Both the position numbers and the translations under genes were made by a program. DNA of 64,000 bases from Nitrososphaerota archaeon (GTDB taxonomy: Archaea; Thermoproteota; Nitrososphaeria_A; Caldarchaeales; JAVZCJ01): contig JAWAZL010000002.1 of the NCBI GenBank assembly GCA_038817485.1, positions 2,918 to 66,917 of the forward strand, given 5' to 3'. The first letter of the stretch is position 1. Every line of letters begins with the position of its first letter. The notes under the pieces were generated by a model. It made no database searches. It was not told the origin of the DNA and was given only the letters and a program-made list of their open reading frames with translations. Below are positions 52,399 through 62,033 of this stretch, piece by piece.

Positions 52399-52782
52399 TT
52401 GTTGGTAAAAGAAGTAATGAAGAAAAATGTAATTACAATAGATGCTGAAAAAACTATTGAAGAAGCTTGTAAAATAATGGGTGAAAAACATATAGGAAGC
52501 TTGATTGTTACTATTAATGATGAACCTCGTGGAATATTTACAGAAAGAGATTTAGTATCAAAAGTAATTTCTAAGAATATTGATATAAAAAAAGCAAAAG
52601 TTAAAGAATATATGTCATCTCCATTAATTTTTGTAAAGCCCGATATTCATATTAAAGAAGCTGCTAAAATAATGGTTGAAATGCATATACGTAGACTTCC
52701 TGTAATTGAAAATGATAAATTAGTTGGAATTTTTACCTCCTCAGATTTTGTTGAAGCAATTTGTAAATATCCATTTGAATAA
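52399..52782 (+). CDS. CBS-domain pair protein
   Basis: VKEVM, IGSLIV, GIFTERD, IRRLPV, LVGIFT..D. Confidence 0.9.
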   Translation: MLVKEVMKKNVITIDAEKTIEEACKIMGEKHIGSLIVTINDEPRGIFTERDLVSKVISKNIDIKKAKVKEYMSSPLIFVKPDIHIKEAAKIMVEMHIRRLPVIENDKLVGIFTSSDFVEAICKYPFE

Positions 52783-52798
52783 AAAAAGTGTTAATAAA

Positions 52799-53029
52799 AT
52801 GCGTACAGAAAAAACAAATAAAGAGAATAAGGAATTAGTATGTACAGATTGTGGAAAAGAACTTAGCCCTGATGATTATCTTAAAAAATGGGGCTATTGT
52901 AGATATTGTAATCAACCAGTATGCTTTGATTGTGCACGTTATGTAGGGGTACGTGTAAGAGGTCTTTATCATGACTATATTGAAGCTGTTAGAGTATGCA
53001 GAAAATGTTATCCAAAAAAACCTAGATGA
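52799..53029 (+). CDS. 8-Cys zinc-finger protein with FYVE-like spacing (start reassigned from 52724)
   Basis: CTDC-x15-CRYC-x4-CFDC...VRVCRKCY. Confidence 0.75.
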   Translation: MRTEKTNKENKELVCTDCGKELSPDDYLKKWGYCRYCNQPVCFDCARYVGVRVRGLYHDYIEAVRVCRKCYPKKPR

Positions 53030-53145
53030 AGCAAATACTTCATTTAAAATTGTTTTATTCTTTTAAAGCTTTTTATTCATATAAAACTTAATAAATTAGA
53101 AAAAAATAGAACTTTTAAAAATATAGAATAAACAGGTTTATAAAA

Positions 53146-54930
53146 ATGTTAGCTAAAGGTATAATATCAAGAGTTTCTGGTCCAGTAGTTATTGCAAAAA
53201 ATATGTCTAAAGCTCAAATGTATGAACTTGTAAAAGTTGGTGAACTTGAGCTTATAGGAGAAATTATTAGACTTGAGGGAGACAAAGCTACTATACAAGT
53301 ATATGAAGAAACAAGCGGTATAAAACCTGGAGAAAAAGTGGAAGGAACCGGCAAGCCATTATCTGTTGAATTAGGACCTGGATTAATAGGTCAAATATAT
53401 GATGGTGTACAAAGACCATTACCAAGTGTAGCTTCATTGGTGGGGCCATTCATAAAAAGAGGAGTATATGCTCCAGCTTTAAATAGGGATAGAAAATGGC
53501 ATTTTAAACCTCTTATAAAGAAAGGAGAGAAAATTATTGGTGGTGATATTTTAGGAATAGTTCAAGAAACCCCTTTAGTAACACATAAAGTTTTACTTCA
53601 TCCAGAGAAAAATGGTAAAGTAGTTGAAGTTGTACCCGAAGGAGATTATACAGTATTAGATACTATAGCAGTAATCGAAACATTTTCTGGAAAAGAAGAA
53701 ATTAAAATGTTTCATACATGGCCTGTTAGAAAACCTAGACCATTTAAAGAAAGAATGCCAAGTGATGTCCCTCTTATTACTGGACAGAGAATAATAGATA
53801 CGTTTTTCCCTATATGTAAAGGGGGAACTGCAGCTATACCAGGTGGTTTTGGAACTGGAAAAACAGTTATGCAACACCAATTAGCCCAATGGGCAGATGC
53901 TGATATAGTATTATTTATTGGGTGTGGAGAAAGAGGAAATGAAATGGCTGAGGTACTTGAAAGATTTCCAAGTTTAAAAGATCCTAGAAGTGGACAACCA
54001 TTAATGAATAGAACAATACTTGTTGCGAATGTTTCAAATATGCCAATTGCTGCTAGAGAAGCATCTGTATATACTGGAATAACGATGGCTGAATATTATA
54101 GAGATATGGGATATGATATAGCAATGCAAGCAGACTCAACAAGTAGATGGGCTGAAGCATTAAGAGAGGTATCTGGAAGATTAGAAGAAATGCCTGGAGA
54201 AGAAGGTTATCCAGCTTATTTAGCATCTAGGATAGCTGAATTTTATGAAAGAGCTGGAAGAGTAGTTTGTTTAGGAAGTGATTATAGAGTAGGGTCCATT
54301 AGTATAGTTGGAGCAGTTTCTCCTCCAGGAGGAGATTTTTCAGAACCTGTTACACAATGTACATTAAGAATGGTTAAAGTATTTTGGGCTTTAGATACAG
54401 AATTAGCATATAGAAGACATTTTCCAGCAATACATTGGTTAACAAGCTATTCATTATACACTACTTCACTTCAAAAATGGTTTGAAGAAAAAATATCAAA
54501 GGAATGGAATGAATTAAGAGAAAAAGCAATGTATATATTGCAACAAGATGCTGAACTTGAAGAAATAGTTAGATTAGTTGGTCCAGACGCTTTATCTGAT
54601 CCACAAAGAGCAATATTGGAAGCAGCTAAAATGATTAAAGAAGATTATTTAATGCAACATGCATATCATCCAATAGATACTTATTGTCCATTAAATAAAA
54701 GTTATCAAATGTTAAAAACAATAATATACTTTTATGAGAAAATTTCAAATGCTGTTGAAAAAGGAGTCCCTCTTCAAAAAATTTTAGGATTACCCATTAG
54801 AGAAGAAATTGCAAGAATGAAAATACAACCATATGATAAAATAGAAGAAATAGCAAAAAATATTAGACAAAAAATCGATGAAGAAATAAATAATTTACTA
54901 AAAATAAGTATAGAAGCTGAAACTAAATAA
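53146..54930 (+). CDS. atpA: ATP synthase subunit A (no intein)
   Basis: [45 protein letters not shown]. Confidence 0.97.
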   Translation: MLAKGIISRVSGPVVIAKNMSKAQMYELVKVGELELIGEIIRLEGDKATIQVYEETSGIKPGEKVEGTGKPLSVELGPGLIGQIYDGVQRPLPSVASLVGPFIKRGVYAPALNRDRKWHFKPLIKKGEKIIGGDILGIVQETPLVTHKVLLHPEKNGKVVEVVPEGDYTVLDTIAVIETFSGKEEIKMFHTWPVRKPRPFKERMPSDVPLITGQRIIDTFFPICKGGTAAIPGGFGTGKTVMQHQLAQWADADIVLFIGCGERGNEMAEVLERFPSLKDPRSGQPLMNRTILVANVSNMPIAAREASVYTGITMAEYYRDMGYDIAMQADSTSRWAEALREVSGRLEEMPGEEGYPAYLASRIAEFYERAGRVVCLGSDYRVGSISIVGAVSPPGGDFSEPVTQCTLRMVKVFWALDTELAYRRHFPAIHWLTSYSLYTTSLQKWFEEKISKEWNELREKAMYILQQDAELEEIVRLVGPDALSDPQRAILEAAKMIKEDYLMQHAYHPIDTYCPLNKSYQMLKTIIYFYEKISNAVEKGVPLQKILGLPIREEIARMKIQPYDKIEEIAKNIRQKIDEEINNLLKISIEAETK

Positions 54931-54940
54931 CTTTATTTTT

Positions 54941-55573
54941 ATGAAGCATAAAATTATAAAAATAAGAAATACTATAGATAACGATACTATAGAGAAAGTT
55001 AAAAATGTATTAGAAAATGATGGTCTTGTAATTTATCCAACGGATACTTTATATGCTTTAGGTGCAAATGCTTTAAGTAAAGAAGCTATAAAGAAAGTTT
55101 TTGAAATTAAAGGTAGAGATTATAATAAACCAATATCAATAGCTTTGAAAAATTTAGAAGAAGCAAAAAAATATTTTATATTTAATGAAATTGCTGAAAA
55201 AATTGCAAAAAAGTTTCTACCAGGACCTTTAACAATAATTCTACCATCTTATGCTTTACCTAAAGAACTTTCACCTACACAAAAATTTAGTTTTAGAATA
55301 CCTGATAATGAGATCGCTTTAAAAATTTTGAATAGCATAAACTTTCCACTTACTGCAACTTCAGCTAATATTTCAGGAGGTGAAAATCCCATTAATGCTG
55401 AAATTTCAATAAAACAAATTGGAAAATATGTAGACTTGATTTTAGATTGTGGAAAATGTAAATATAGCAAACCTTCAACAGTTATAGATTTGAGTAATGG
55501 TAAAATAGCTCTTGTAAGAGAAGGCGTTATTTCTGTAGAATGCCTTTATTCAGCTTTAAGAACTAATTGTTAA
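54941..55573 (+). CDS. sua5: L-threonylcarbamoyladenylate synthase (Sua5/TsaC)
   Basis: YPTDTLYAL, KGR...KP, PGPLT, ATSANISG, PSTVID. Confidence 0.93.
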   Translation: MKHKIIKIRNTIDNDTIEKVKNVLENDGLVIYPTDTLYALGANALSKEAIKKVFEIKGRDYNKPISIALKNLEEAKKYFIFNEIAEKIAKKFLPGPLTIILPSYALPKELSPTQKFSFRIPDNEIALKILNSINFPLTATSANISGGENPINAEISIKQIGKYVDLILDCGKCKYSKPSTVIDLSNGKIALVREGVISVECLYSALRTNC

Positions 55574-55665
55574 AAATTGAAAATAAAAAATTTGAAAAAT
55601 AAAATTTTTATGGAAAGATATTTATAAAACAAAATAAGAACAAAATATAGAAAGAGTGAATTAAA

Positions 55666-57090
55666 ATGGTGCTAAAACCAGAAAGAAAGTATCAAACATT
55701 AACAACGATATCTGGTCCATTATTATTTATAGAAGCAACAAAAGATGTGGCTTTTGGAGAACTTGTAGAAATAGAATTACCAAATGGAGAAATAAGGAGA
55801 GGGCAAGTATTAGAAGTAAGTGAAAATAGAGCAATAATACAAGTATTTGAAGGAACAAGCGGACTTGATATAGATAAAACAATAGTGAGATTTACTGGAG
55901 AAACTATAAAAATACCAGTAGCACAAGAAATGATTGGAAGAATATTTGACGGATCTGCAAGACCAATAGATGGAGGCCCACCAATAGTACCAGAAGATGA
56001 AATAGACATACATGGGTCTCCATTAAATCCATATACAAGGGAATATCCAAAAGAACCAATACAAACAGGAATATCAGCAATAGATGGAATGAATACGCTT
56101 GTAAGAGGACAAAAATTACCAATATTTACTGGAACAGGATTGCCACATAATCAATTAGTAGCACAAATAATAAGACAAGCAAAAGTACCTGGTAAAGAAG
56201 AGGAATTTTTAGTAATATTTGCAGCATTAGGAATAACAGCAGATGAAGCAAGATTCTTTAAAGAAGAAACTGAAAAAAGGGGAGCATTGGCAAAAACAAT
56301 AATGATTTTAAATCTTGCAGATGACCCTGCTATTGAAAGAATAATAACGCCAAGAATAGCATTAACAATAGCAGAATATTTAGCATATACTTATGATATG
56401 CACATACTAGTAATATTAAGTGATATGACAAACTATTGTGAAGCATTAAGAGAGATATCAGCAGCAAGAGAAGAAGTGCCTGGAAGAAGAGGATACCCAG
56501 GATACATGTATACAGATTTAGCAACAATATATGAAAGAGCAGGCAGAATACATGGAAGAAAAGGAACGATTACACAAATGCCAGTTGTAACAATGCCTCA
56601 TGATGATATTACACATCCAATTCCCGATCTTACTGGTTATATAACGGAAGGGCAAATATTTTTAGACCGTGGTTTACATCGTAAAGGTATATACCCACCT
56701 ATTGATGTTTTTCCTTCTTTAAGTCGTTTAATGAAGGAAGGTATAGGTAAGGGTTTAACTCGTGAAGATCATCGTGAAGTTAGTGATTGTTTATATTATG
56801 CTTATGCTGAAGGAAGACGTGTGCGTGAATTGATAGCTGTAATAGGAGAAGAAGCTTTAAGTGAAATTGATCGTCTATATTTACGTTTTGCTGATGAATT
56901 TGAACGTCGTTTCATAAATCAAGGTTATTATGAAGATCGTAGTTTTGAAAAAACTTTAGATTTAGGTTGGGAATTACTTAGTATGCTTCCTGAGAGTGAA
57001 TTAAAACGTGCCGATCCTGCTACTATTCGTAAATATTTGCCTAAATATCGTAAAAAAGAAGCTATTACTGAGCCTAGTTTAACCGCTTAA
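55666..57090 (+). CDS. atpB: ATP synthase subunit B
   Basis: [45 protein letters not shown]. Confidence 0.97.
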   Translation: MVLKPERKYQTLTTISGPLLFIEATKDVAFGELVEIELPNGEIRRGQVLEVSENRAIIQVFEGTSGLDIDKTIVRFTGETIKIPVAQEMIGRIFDGSARPIDGGPPIVPEDEIDIHGSPLNPYTREYPKEPIQTGISAIDGMNTLVRGQKLPIFTGTGLPHNQLVAQIIRQAKVPGKEEEFLVIFAALGITADEARFFKEETEKRGALAKTIMILNLADDPAIERIITPRIALTIAEYLAYTYDMHILVILSDMTNYCEALREISAAREEVPGRRGYPGYMYTDLATIYERAGRIHGRKGTITQMPVVTMPHDDITHPIPDLTGYITEGQIFLDRGLHRKGIYPPIDVFPSLSRLMKEGIGKGLTREDHREVSDCLYYAYAEGRRVRELIAVIGEEALSEIDRLYLRFADEFERRFINQGYYEDRSFEKTLDLGWELLSMLPESELKRADPATIRKYLPKYRKKEAITEPSLTA

Positions 57091-57981
57091 TTTTCTATAT
57101 TTAGGAAATATCACTTTAGAGAATTTTTTTAAAACAGTTATAGCCTTATCTGGAGAAACGTTTGTTTGTGAAAAATCAATTATAATAGCGCTTGCATTTA
57201 ATTTAATATATGAATCTATATTTGATATCCATTCTGATGTTTTTTCGCCTACTCCATCTGGATAAGAAAGTGATGGAACTAAAAGAATTTTTCTTCTTCT
57301 TTTATAGCATTTCATTATTTTAATAATCTCATTAGTCATTTCTTTAAATTTTTCCAATGGTGTATCTGTTAAAAAGAGAAAACCACTTCCATATTTTACA
57401 GCAGCTTCAAGTATAATTTTTGAGGATCCGCCAAACCAAATTGGTGGATGGGGTTTTTGTATAGGTTTTGGCCAAAAAGGTGCATTATAAACTTTATAAT
57501 ATTTTCCATCATAAGTTACTTTATCTTCTTTCCAAAGTTTTAATATTATTTCTAATCCCTCTAACATTTTTGAAATTCTTTCTTTATGAGCTTCCCAATT
57601 AAAACCATAAGAAATAGCCTCATCTTTAAACCACCCTGCTCCTACGCCAAAATTAACTCGACCATTAGAAATTATATCCGCTGTTGTTATAATCTTTGCA
57701 AGTTTAGCTGGCATATAAAATGGTATTGGAGAAACGCGAGTTCCTACTCTAATTTTTTTCGTTTGTACCGCTATAGCAGTTAACAAAGTCCAAGCGTCAA
57801 GTTTATTTGGTTTTTTAGGATTTCCTCCTGTTTTTATGTATATTTTTTCTGGAAGATAAAAATGGTCGCCAACCCATAAAGAATTATAGCCTAATTTATC
57901 CGCAATGATAGAAATTTTTACAATATCAGAATAACTATATTTACTATGGGTTGGTAAATGGATGCCAAAACTTAGAAACAA
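57079..57981 (-). CDS. LLM-class flavin/F420-dependent oxidoreductase
   Basis: [39 protein letters not shown]. Confidence 0.9.
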   Translation of the reverse strand: MFLSFGIHLPTHSKYSYSDIVKISIIADKLGYNSLWVGDHFYLPEKIYIKTGGNPKKPNKLDAWTLLTAIAVQTKKIRVGTRVSPIPFYMPAKLAKIITTADIISNGRVNFGVGAGWFKDEAISYGFNWEAHKERISKMLEGLEIILKLWKEDKVTYDGKYYKVYNAPFWPKPIQKPHPPIWFGGSSKIILEAAVKYGSGFLFLTDTPLEKFKEMTNEIIKIMKCYKRRRKILLVPSLSYPDGVGEKTSEWISNIDSYIKLNASAIIIDFSQTNVSPDKAITVLKKFSKVIFPKYRKLSG

Positions 57982-58056
57982 AATATATTCCCCTCTATAT
58001 TTTCATTAATATAATGATTTAATATTTTTGTTTAATAGTTTTTTCATTTAAGATAT

Positions 58057-58278
58057 TTATCCTTTTACTTTAGAACCTTCTTTCATCCATACAATCCATG
58101 TTTTACCGCATTTTTTCATATTTATTTTTCCATGTAAAACAAGTTCAAGAAGCAATGTTTTTGCAGTAGCCCAACTAATATTAAATTTTTCAGAAATGCC
58201 ACTTACACACACAGGTTCATTTTCTTCAATAAATTTTAAAACTTCATTAATATTAACAGATTTCTCATCACTCTTCAT
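58057..58278 (-). CDS. Small winged-HTH protein, copy 2
   Basis: C-terminal half identical to 52101-52310; N-terminal half diverged. Confidence 0.8.
   Translation of the reverse strand: MKSDEKSVNINEVLKFIEENEPVCVSGISEKFNISWATAKTLLLELVLHGKINMKKCGKTWIVWMKEGSKVKG
58078..58188 (-). repeat. 111-bp perfect inverted repeat, arm 2
   Basis: Identical to the reverse complement of 52191-52301. Confidence 0.9.
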
Positions 58279-58462
58279 ATTATTCTTCTAATAAATATTT
58301 CTCATCGTATTTATAAATTTTTCTAATTATTCTAACTATATTTCTATAGATATTTACAATTATGAAAATAATCTCATAAAGCTTAATGTAAAAAATAAAG
58401 TTAGTGTAGTTATCGAGAAAAATATTTAAAGAAGTATTTGTTAATGTATTAACAGAAATATT

Positions 58463-59110
58463 ATGTCAAATATTTATAAAAAGCTCATAGAAGGCTTAGC
58501 AGAATCCGAAAATAATAAGGAGAAATACTATTATTATCTTAAAAGAATTGTTGAAGAAAATGCTAAAATTGTAGGAGATAAAATTATTGCAGATATATAT
58601 TTTAAAGAATTGGCTGCTAAATACCCTCATGATGCTAATGCAATTCTTTTAAAAGAAAAACTTAGAACCTTAAGAAATGAATATGAACGCTTAAAAAAAT
58701 ATAATGGAGGACCTAATTTTAAAAAGGCTTTTTTAATTAAAAGAGAAATTGATAAATTAAAAATATTATTAAAAAAAGAAGAAACTCAAAGTTTTATAAA
58801 ATCTTCTTCTAAATTAGAAAGTATATCTTCTTTCTTAAAAGAAAAAAGTATTAATGAAATTAAAGAAAATGTAGATTCTTTTAAAGATAAATTTTCAAAT
58901 TTTTTAAATAAATTTAATAAAAATTTACCTCCAAGTATTAGTAATAAAGGACAATTAATAGATTCTCTTAATATTCGAAGATGGAGTAATGAAAATGTCT
59001 CACGTTATCTAATGAAAGGTCTTAAGAATGCTTCTATTCATCATAGAAGTTATAAGAAAGTTATGGAAAGATTAGAGAAAGCTAAGAAGGAACGCATATG
59101 GTGGATTTAA
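58463..59110 (+). CDS. Hypothetical protein, paralog of 46228-46812
   Basis: YPHDANAILLKEKLRTL, KREIDK, LPPSI...I.S..I..W. Confidence 0.75.
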   Translation: MSNIYKKLIEGLAESENNKEKYYYYLKRIVEENAKIVGDKIIADIYFKELAAKYPHDANAILLKEKLRTLRNEYERLKKYNGGPNFKKAFLIKREIDKLKILLKKEETQSFIKSSSKLESISSFLKEKSINEIKENVDSFKDKFSNFLNKFNKNLPPSISNKGQLIDSLNIRRWSNENVSRYLMKGLKNASIHHRSYKKVMERLEKAKKERIWWI

Positions 59111-59156
59111 AAAAATTTCATTATTTCTAAAATTTAAATCAATAAAAGGAAATATT

Positions 59157-60334
59157 TTATTTTCTTAGTAAATCTTGAAAAACAAGTATTCGAACATTCA
59201 TAGGTTTTTTTGTTATTTCTCCAACTCTACTTCCTACTAAATATACTTCTTCATCCATGTTTGAAGCTATATCAACAAGTCTTTGCGTAACAACTCCATC
59301 AAAAACAATATATTTAATATTTTTATAATTCTCGAGTTTTTTAGCTAATTCGCTTACAGGAACTTTTTCAATTATATTTGCTTCATTATCCATTAAATAT
59401 GCGATTAAACTTCCCTCAACTTCTTTAGCAACTTCTAATACGCTACTTGGTAAATCATATTGCTTTCTTTCAATGATTAGACTTTTATATTTTTCCTCTT
59501 TTAGCAATTTTGCCTCCTCAAATGCATCTGCTATTTCTTTTCCAGTAAGCTCTTCTACCTCTTTTCCATACGGCGCTCTTACAATAATGTCTATTTTTAC
59601 CCCCTCATTTAATAATTGCTTTAGTATTAGATCCCCTCCTCTATCACCATCAAGAAAAGCTATAACTCTCTTTTTAGTCTTAGCAATTTCTTTAACAGTT
59701 TCAGGTATTTTTACTCCTTCAACTGCTATAACATTTTTATATCCATGTCTTAAAAGATTTATAACATCTGCTCTACCTTCCACGATTATTAATTCTTCAC
59801 ACTCTTCAATTTCTGGACCTGCAGGAAGTTTTTCTGGCCCATATTCAACAATCTTAGCTTTTACAAGCGCCTCTTCAATCTCTTTTAAAACTTCATCTTC
59901 AATAGGTATTTTCTTCATTTCCCACTCATATAAAATTGCTTTCGCTCTTTCAACAATTTTCTTTCTTTTTTCAGCTCTTACATCATTTATCTTATCTATC
60001 TTAACTTTTGCTGAATACGGTCCAACTCTATCAACAATTTCAAGCATAGCTGCTATTAATGCTGTTGTGCTTCTTTCAAGACTAACTGGCACGTATATTT
60101 TCCCATGTGTTTTATTTCCTACCTTTTCTACTTCTACCTCTATCCTTCCTATTCTTCCTGTTCTTTGTAATTCCCTTAAATCGAATTCGGAACTAAATAT
60201 GCCCTCTGTTTTCGGCGCATTACTTAGAGTAATGCTTGACCGAAGAGAGCTCCTACAATATCAGGCTTATCAACATTACCATCTACTTCTATACTCGCCT
60301 CTATAATATATTTAACTGTTGAAATTTGACTCAT
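59157..60334 (-). CDS. dnaG: Archaeal DnaG (TOPRIM; exosome-associated), two exons 60237-60334 and 59157-60210, 383 aa after splicing
   Basis: SD GGAGGTGG before ATG 60334; exon 1 ...VDKPDIVGALFGQ; exon 2 TEG...DLRELQRTGRIGRI, VEGRADV, FLDGDRGG, FDGVVTQRL. Confidence 0.92.
60211..60236 (-). other. Putative BHB pre-mRNA intron (26 nt) in dnaG
   Basis: GCUCUCU-U-CGGU-CA^A-GCAUUAC-UCUAA-GUAAUGC-GCCG-AA^A-AC-AGAGGGC: 4-bp helix, two 3-nt bulges; excision gives GGT CAA ACA GAG. Confidence 0.85.
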
Positions 60335-60734
60335 TTAACCACCTCCACTCATTTTTTAAATATGAATAAATATCTTCTATTTCATTTAAACCATACTTTT
60401 TAAATTCACTTATTTTTTTCCAATAATATAAATCAACTTTATACCCTTTTATTGAAAGTAAGTTATAAAGTTTTTTGCATATATTTCTTCCTTCTTGATC
60501 AAAATCTACTAATAAAATGAATTTTTTAGTAGTCCTTTCTTTATGTATAAATTCTAAGAGTTGTCTATATTCTAATATTTTCCCCTTAAAACCAAAACTT
60601 TTTAATGCTTCTCTATCTCTTTTTCCCTCTACTATTAAAATTGTTCCCTCTTCTTTATTCAAATCATCGATTATTTTCATTAAAGATTCTATTAATGCAA
60701 AATTATTCTTTTTAACTATATTTCTTAATTTCAT
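60312..60734 (-). CDS. Small TOPRIM-domain protein
   Basis: LIVEGKRD..AL...G, ILLVDFDQEG. Confidence 0.85.
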   Translation of the reverse strand: MKLRNIVKKNNFALIESLMKIIDDLNKEEGTILIVEGKRDREALKSFGFKGKILEYRQLLEFIHKERTTKKFILLVDFDQEGRNICKKLYNLLSIKGYKVDLYYWKKISEFKKYGLNEIEDIYSYLKNEWRWLNESNFNS

Positions 60735-60794
60735 TTTTTATACATCAATTTATTAAGTTCCTTTTTTTCAAAAATATATGTATATTTAAGTCTT

Positions 60795-61820
60795 TTAAAT
60801 GTTTTCATCCTTTTTTTCTTTAATAATATTTAGTATTTCATTCTTATTCTTAAAATATTTCCTTACAGGCTCCAAAATTTTTATTAAACTTTCTGATACA
60901 GCCTTTTTAAGATCTAAAGGATGTAATTTCCCCCCCTCATATTCTTCTTTTAATTCTTTAAATGAATAAAATGTAATTCTTCCACCATACTTACTAGGCC
61001 TTTCAACTTCTAATTTTTGATAATAAGGAAAAATTATATAATTACAAATTTCTATTATTGGATTATTAATTACTTCTTTTGCTGGACAATATGCTTTCAT
61101 AATTTTTTCCTCAATCACTTCTGGAGGATCATGAACTGCTATAAATGTTTCAGGTTTACTTGAAGACATTTTTTCTCCAGGTCCTGTTAAAGAAGTTAAT
61201 ATAGCTGTATGGAGACATACCGGTTTTTTATAACCTATTTCTGGTAAAAATTCTCTAGCAAGCATATGTATTTTTCTTTGATCCATTCCTCCATGAGCAA
61301 TATCTACGTTTAAATAAGCAATATCAAGACATTGAAAAACTGGATAAACTATTTGTGAAACACGAGCATCTTCCATTTTTCTACCAACAATTGTCATACT
61401 TCTTTTTGCTCTAGCGATAGTTATACGTAAACTAAGCCTCATAAAATCTTCGATATATTTCCTATCTAATTCAAAATCTGATCCTTGAATAAATATTGTT
61501 TTTTGAGGATCTAAGCCGCACGCAATAAAACAATGCTGCGAGTATTCTTGCATTTTATGAATCCATTCTAAGGAACCTTTTCTATTCATAAAAGTATGTA
61601 AGTCAGGCCATAAAACTTTTACAATTAAACCAATTTTTTGCAAATCTATTTGTTTTTTAATAGCTATTAAATGACCTAAATGAATTGGTCCACTTGTTTC
61701 ATACCCACAATATGTTATTGGATGCTCTTTTTCTTCTAAAATTTTTCGTAATTCTTCTTCATTTATAATCTCCACTGTAGGCGGGCTTTTTATAATCTTT
61801 ATTTTTTCTTCTATATCCAT
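60795..61820 (-). CDS. tyrS: Tyrosyl-tRNA synthetase
   Basis: YCGYETSG.IHLGH, YPVFQCLD, GGMDQRKIHMLARE, KMSSS, LHPLDLK. Confidence 0.95.
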   Translation of the reverse strand: MDIEEKIKIIKSPPTVEIINEEELRKILEEKEHPITYCGYETSGPIHLGHLIAIKKQIDLQKIGLIVKVLWPDLHTFMNRKGSLEWIHKMQEYSQHCFIACGLDPQKTIFIQGSDFELDRKYIEDFMRLSLRITIARAKRSMTIVGRKMEDARVSQIVYPVFQCLDIAYLNVDIAHGGMDQRKIHMLAREFLPEIGYKKPVCLHTAILTSLTGPGEKMSSSKPETFIAVHDPPEVIEEKIMKAYCPAKEVINNPIIEICNYIIFPYYQKLEVERPSKYGGRITFYSFKELKEEYEGGKLHPLDLKKAVSESLIKILEPVRKYFKNKNEILNIIKEKKDENI

Positions 61821-61862
61821 AACTCTATTAAATGCAATAAAAATAGTAATTTAAAAAGCTTT

Positions 61863-61960
61863 GGGGGTACTTTTGTCGCTCGCCACGAACATTGTTTATC
61901 ATTGAAAGAGTTTAAACTCTTTCTCTAAACAACTCTTGGATGGCGAGCAATTGTACCCCT
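61863..61960 (-). ncRNA. Probable box H/ACA guide sRNA (single hairpin with K-turn)
   Basis: Lower stem GCUCGCCAU/GUGGCGAGC, pocket CCAAGA/GUUC, upper stem, K-turn (AAU bulge plus tandem GA), ACA 14 nt from the upper stem, extra GGGGUAC/GUACCCC terminal stem. Confidence 0.75.
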
Positions 61961-62033
61961 TTTTTTATTTTAAATACGTTTAAAATAAAAATTTTTATTA
62001 ATATTTTTCATAAAAAAAGAAATGAGTTAGAAA

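Noticed and set aside
53146..54930. Intein in atpA
   Set aside because: The GKTV region is uninterrupted and the length is normal
60211..60236. dnaG as a pseudogene, stop read-through (Sec/Pyl) or programmed frameshift
   Set aside because: The stop is TAA and the frame also changes; both exons look conserved; BHB excision alone restores the motif exactly
59473..60306. 277-aa plus-strand ORF spanning the dnaG interruption
   Set aside because: Antisense shadow of dnaG with Ser/Phe/Ile-rich composition and no motifs
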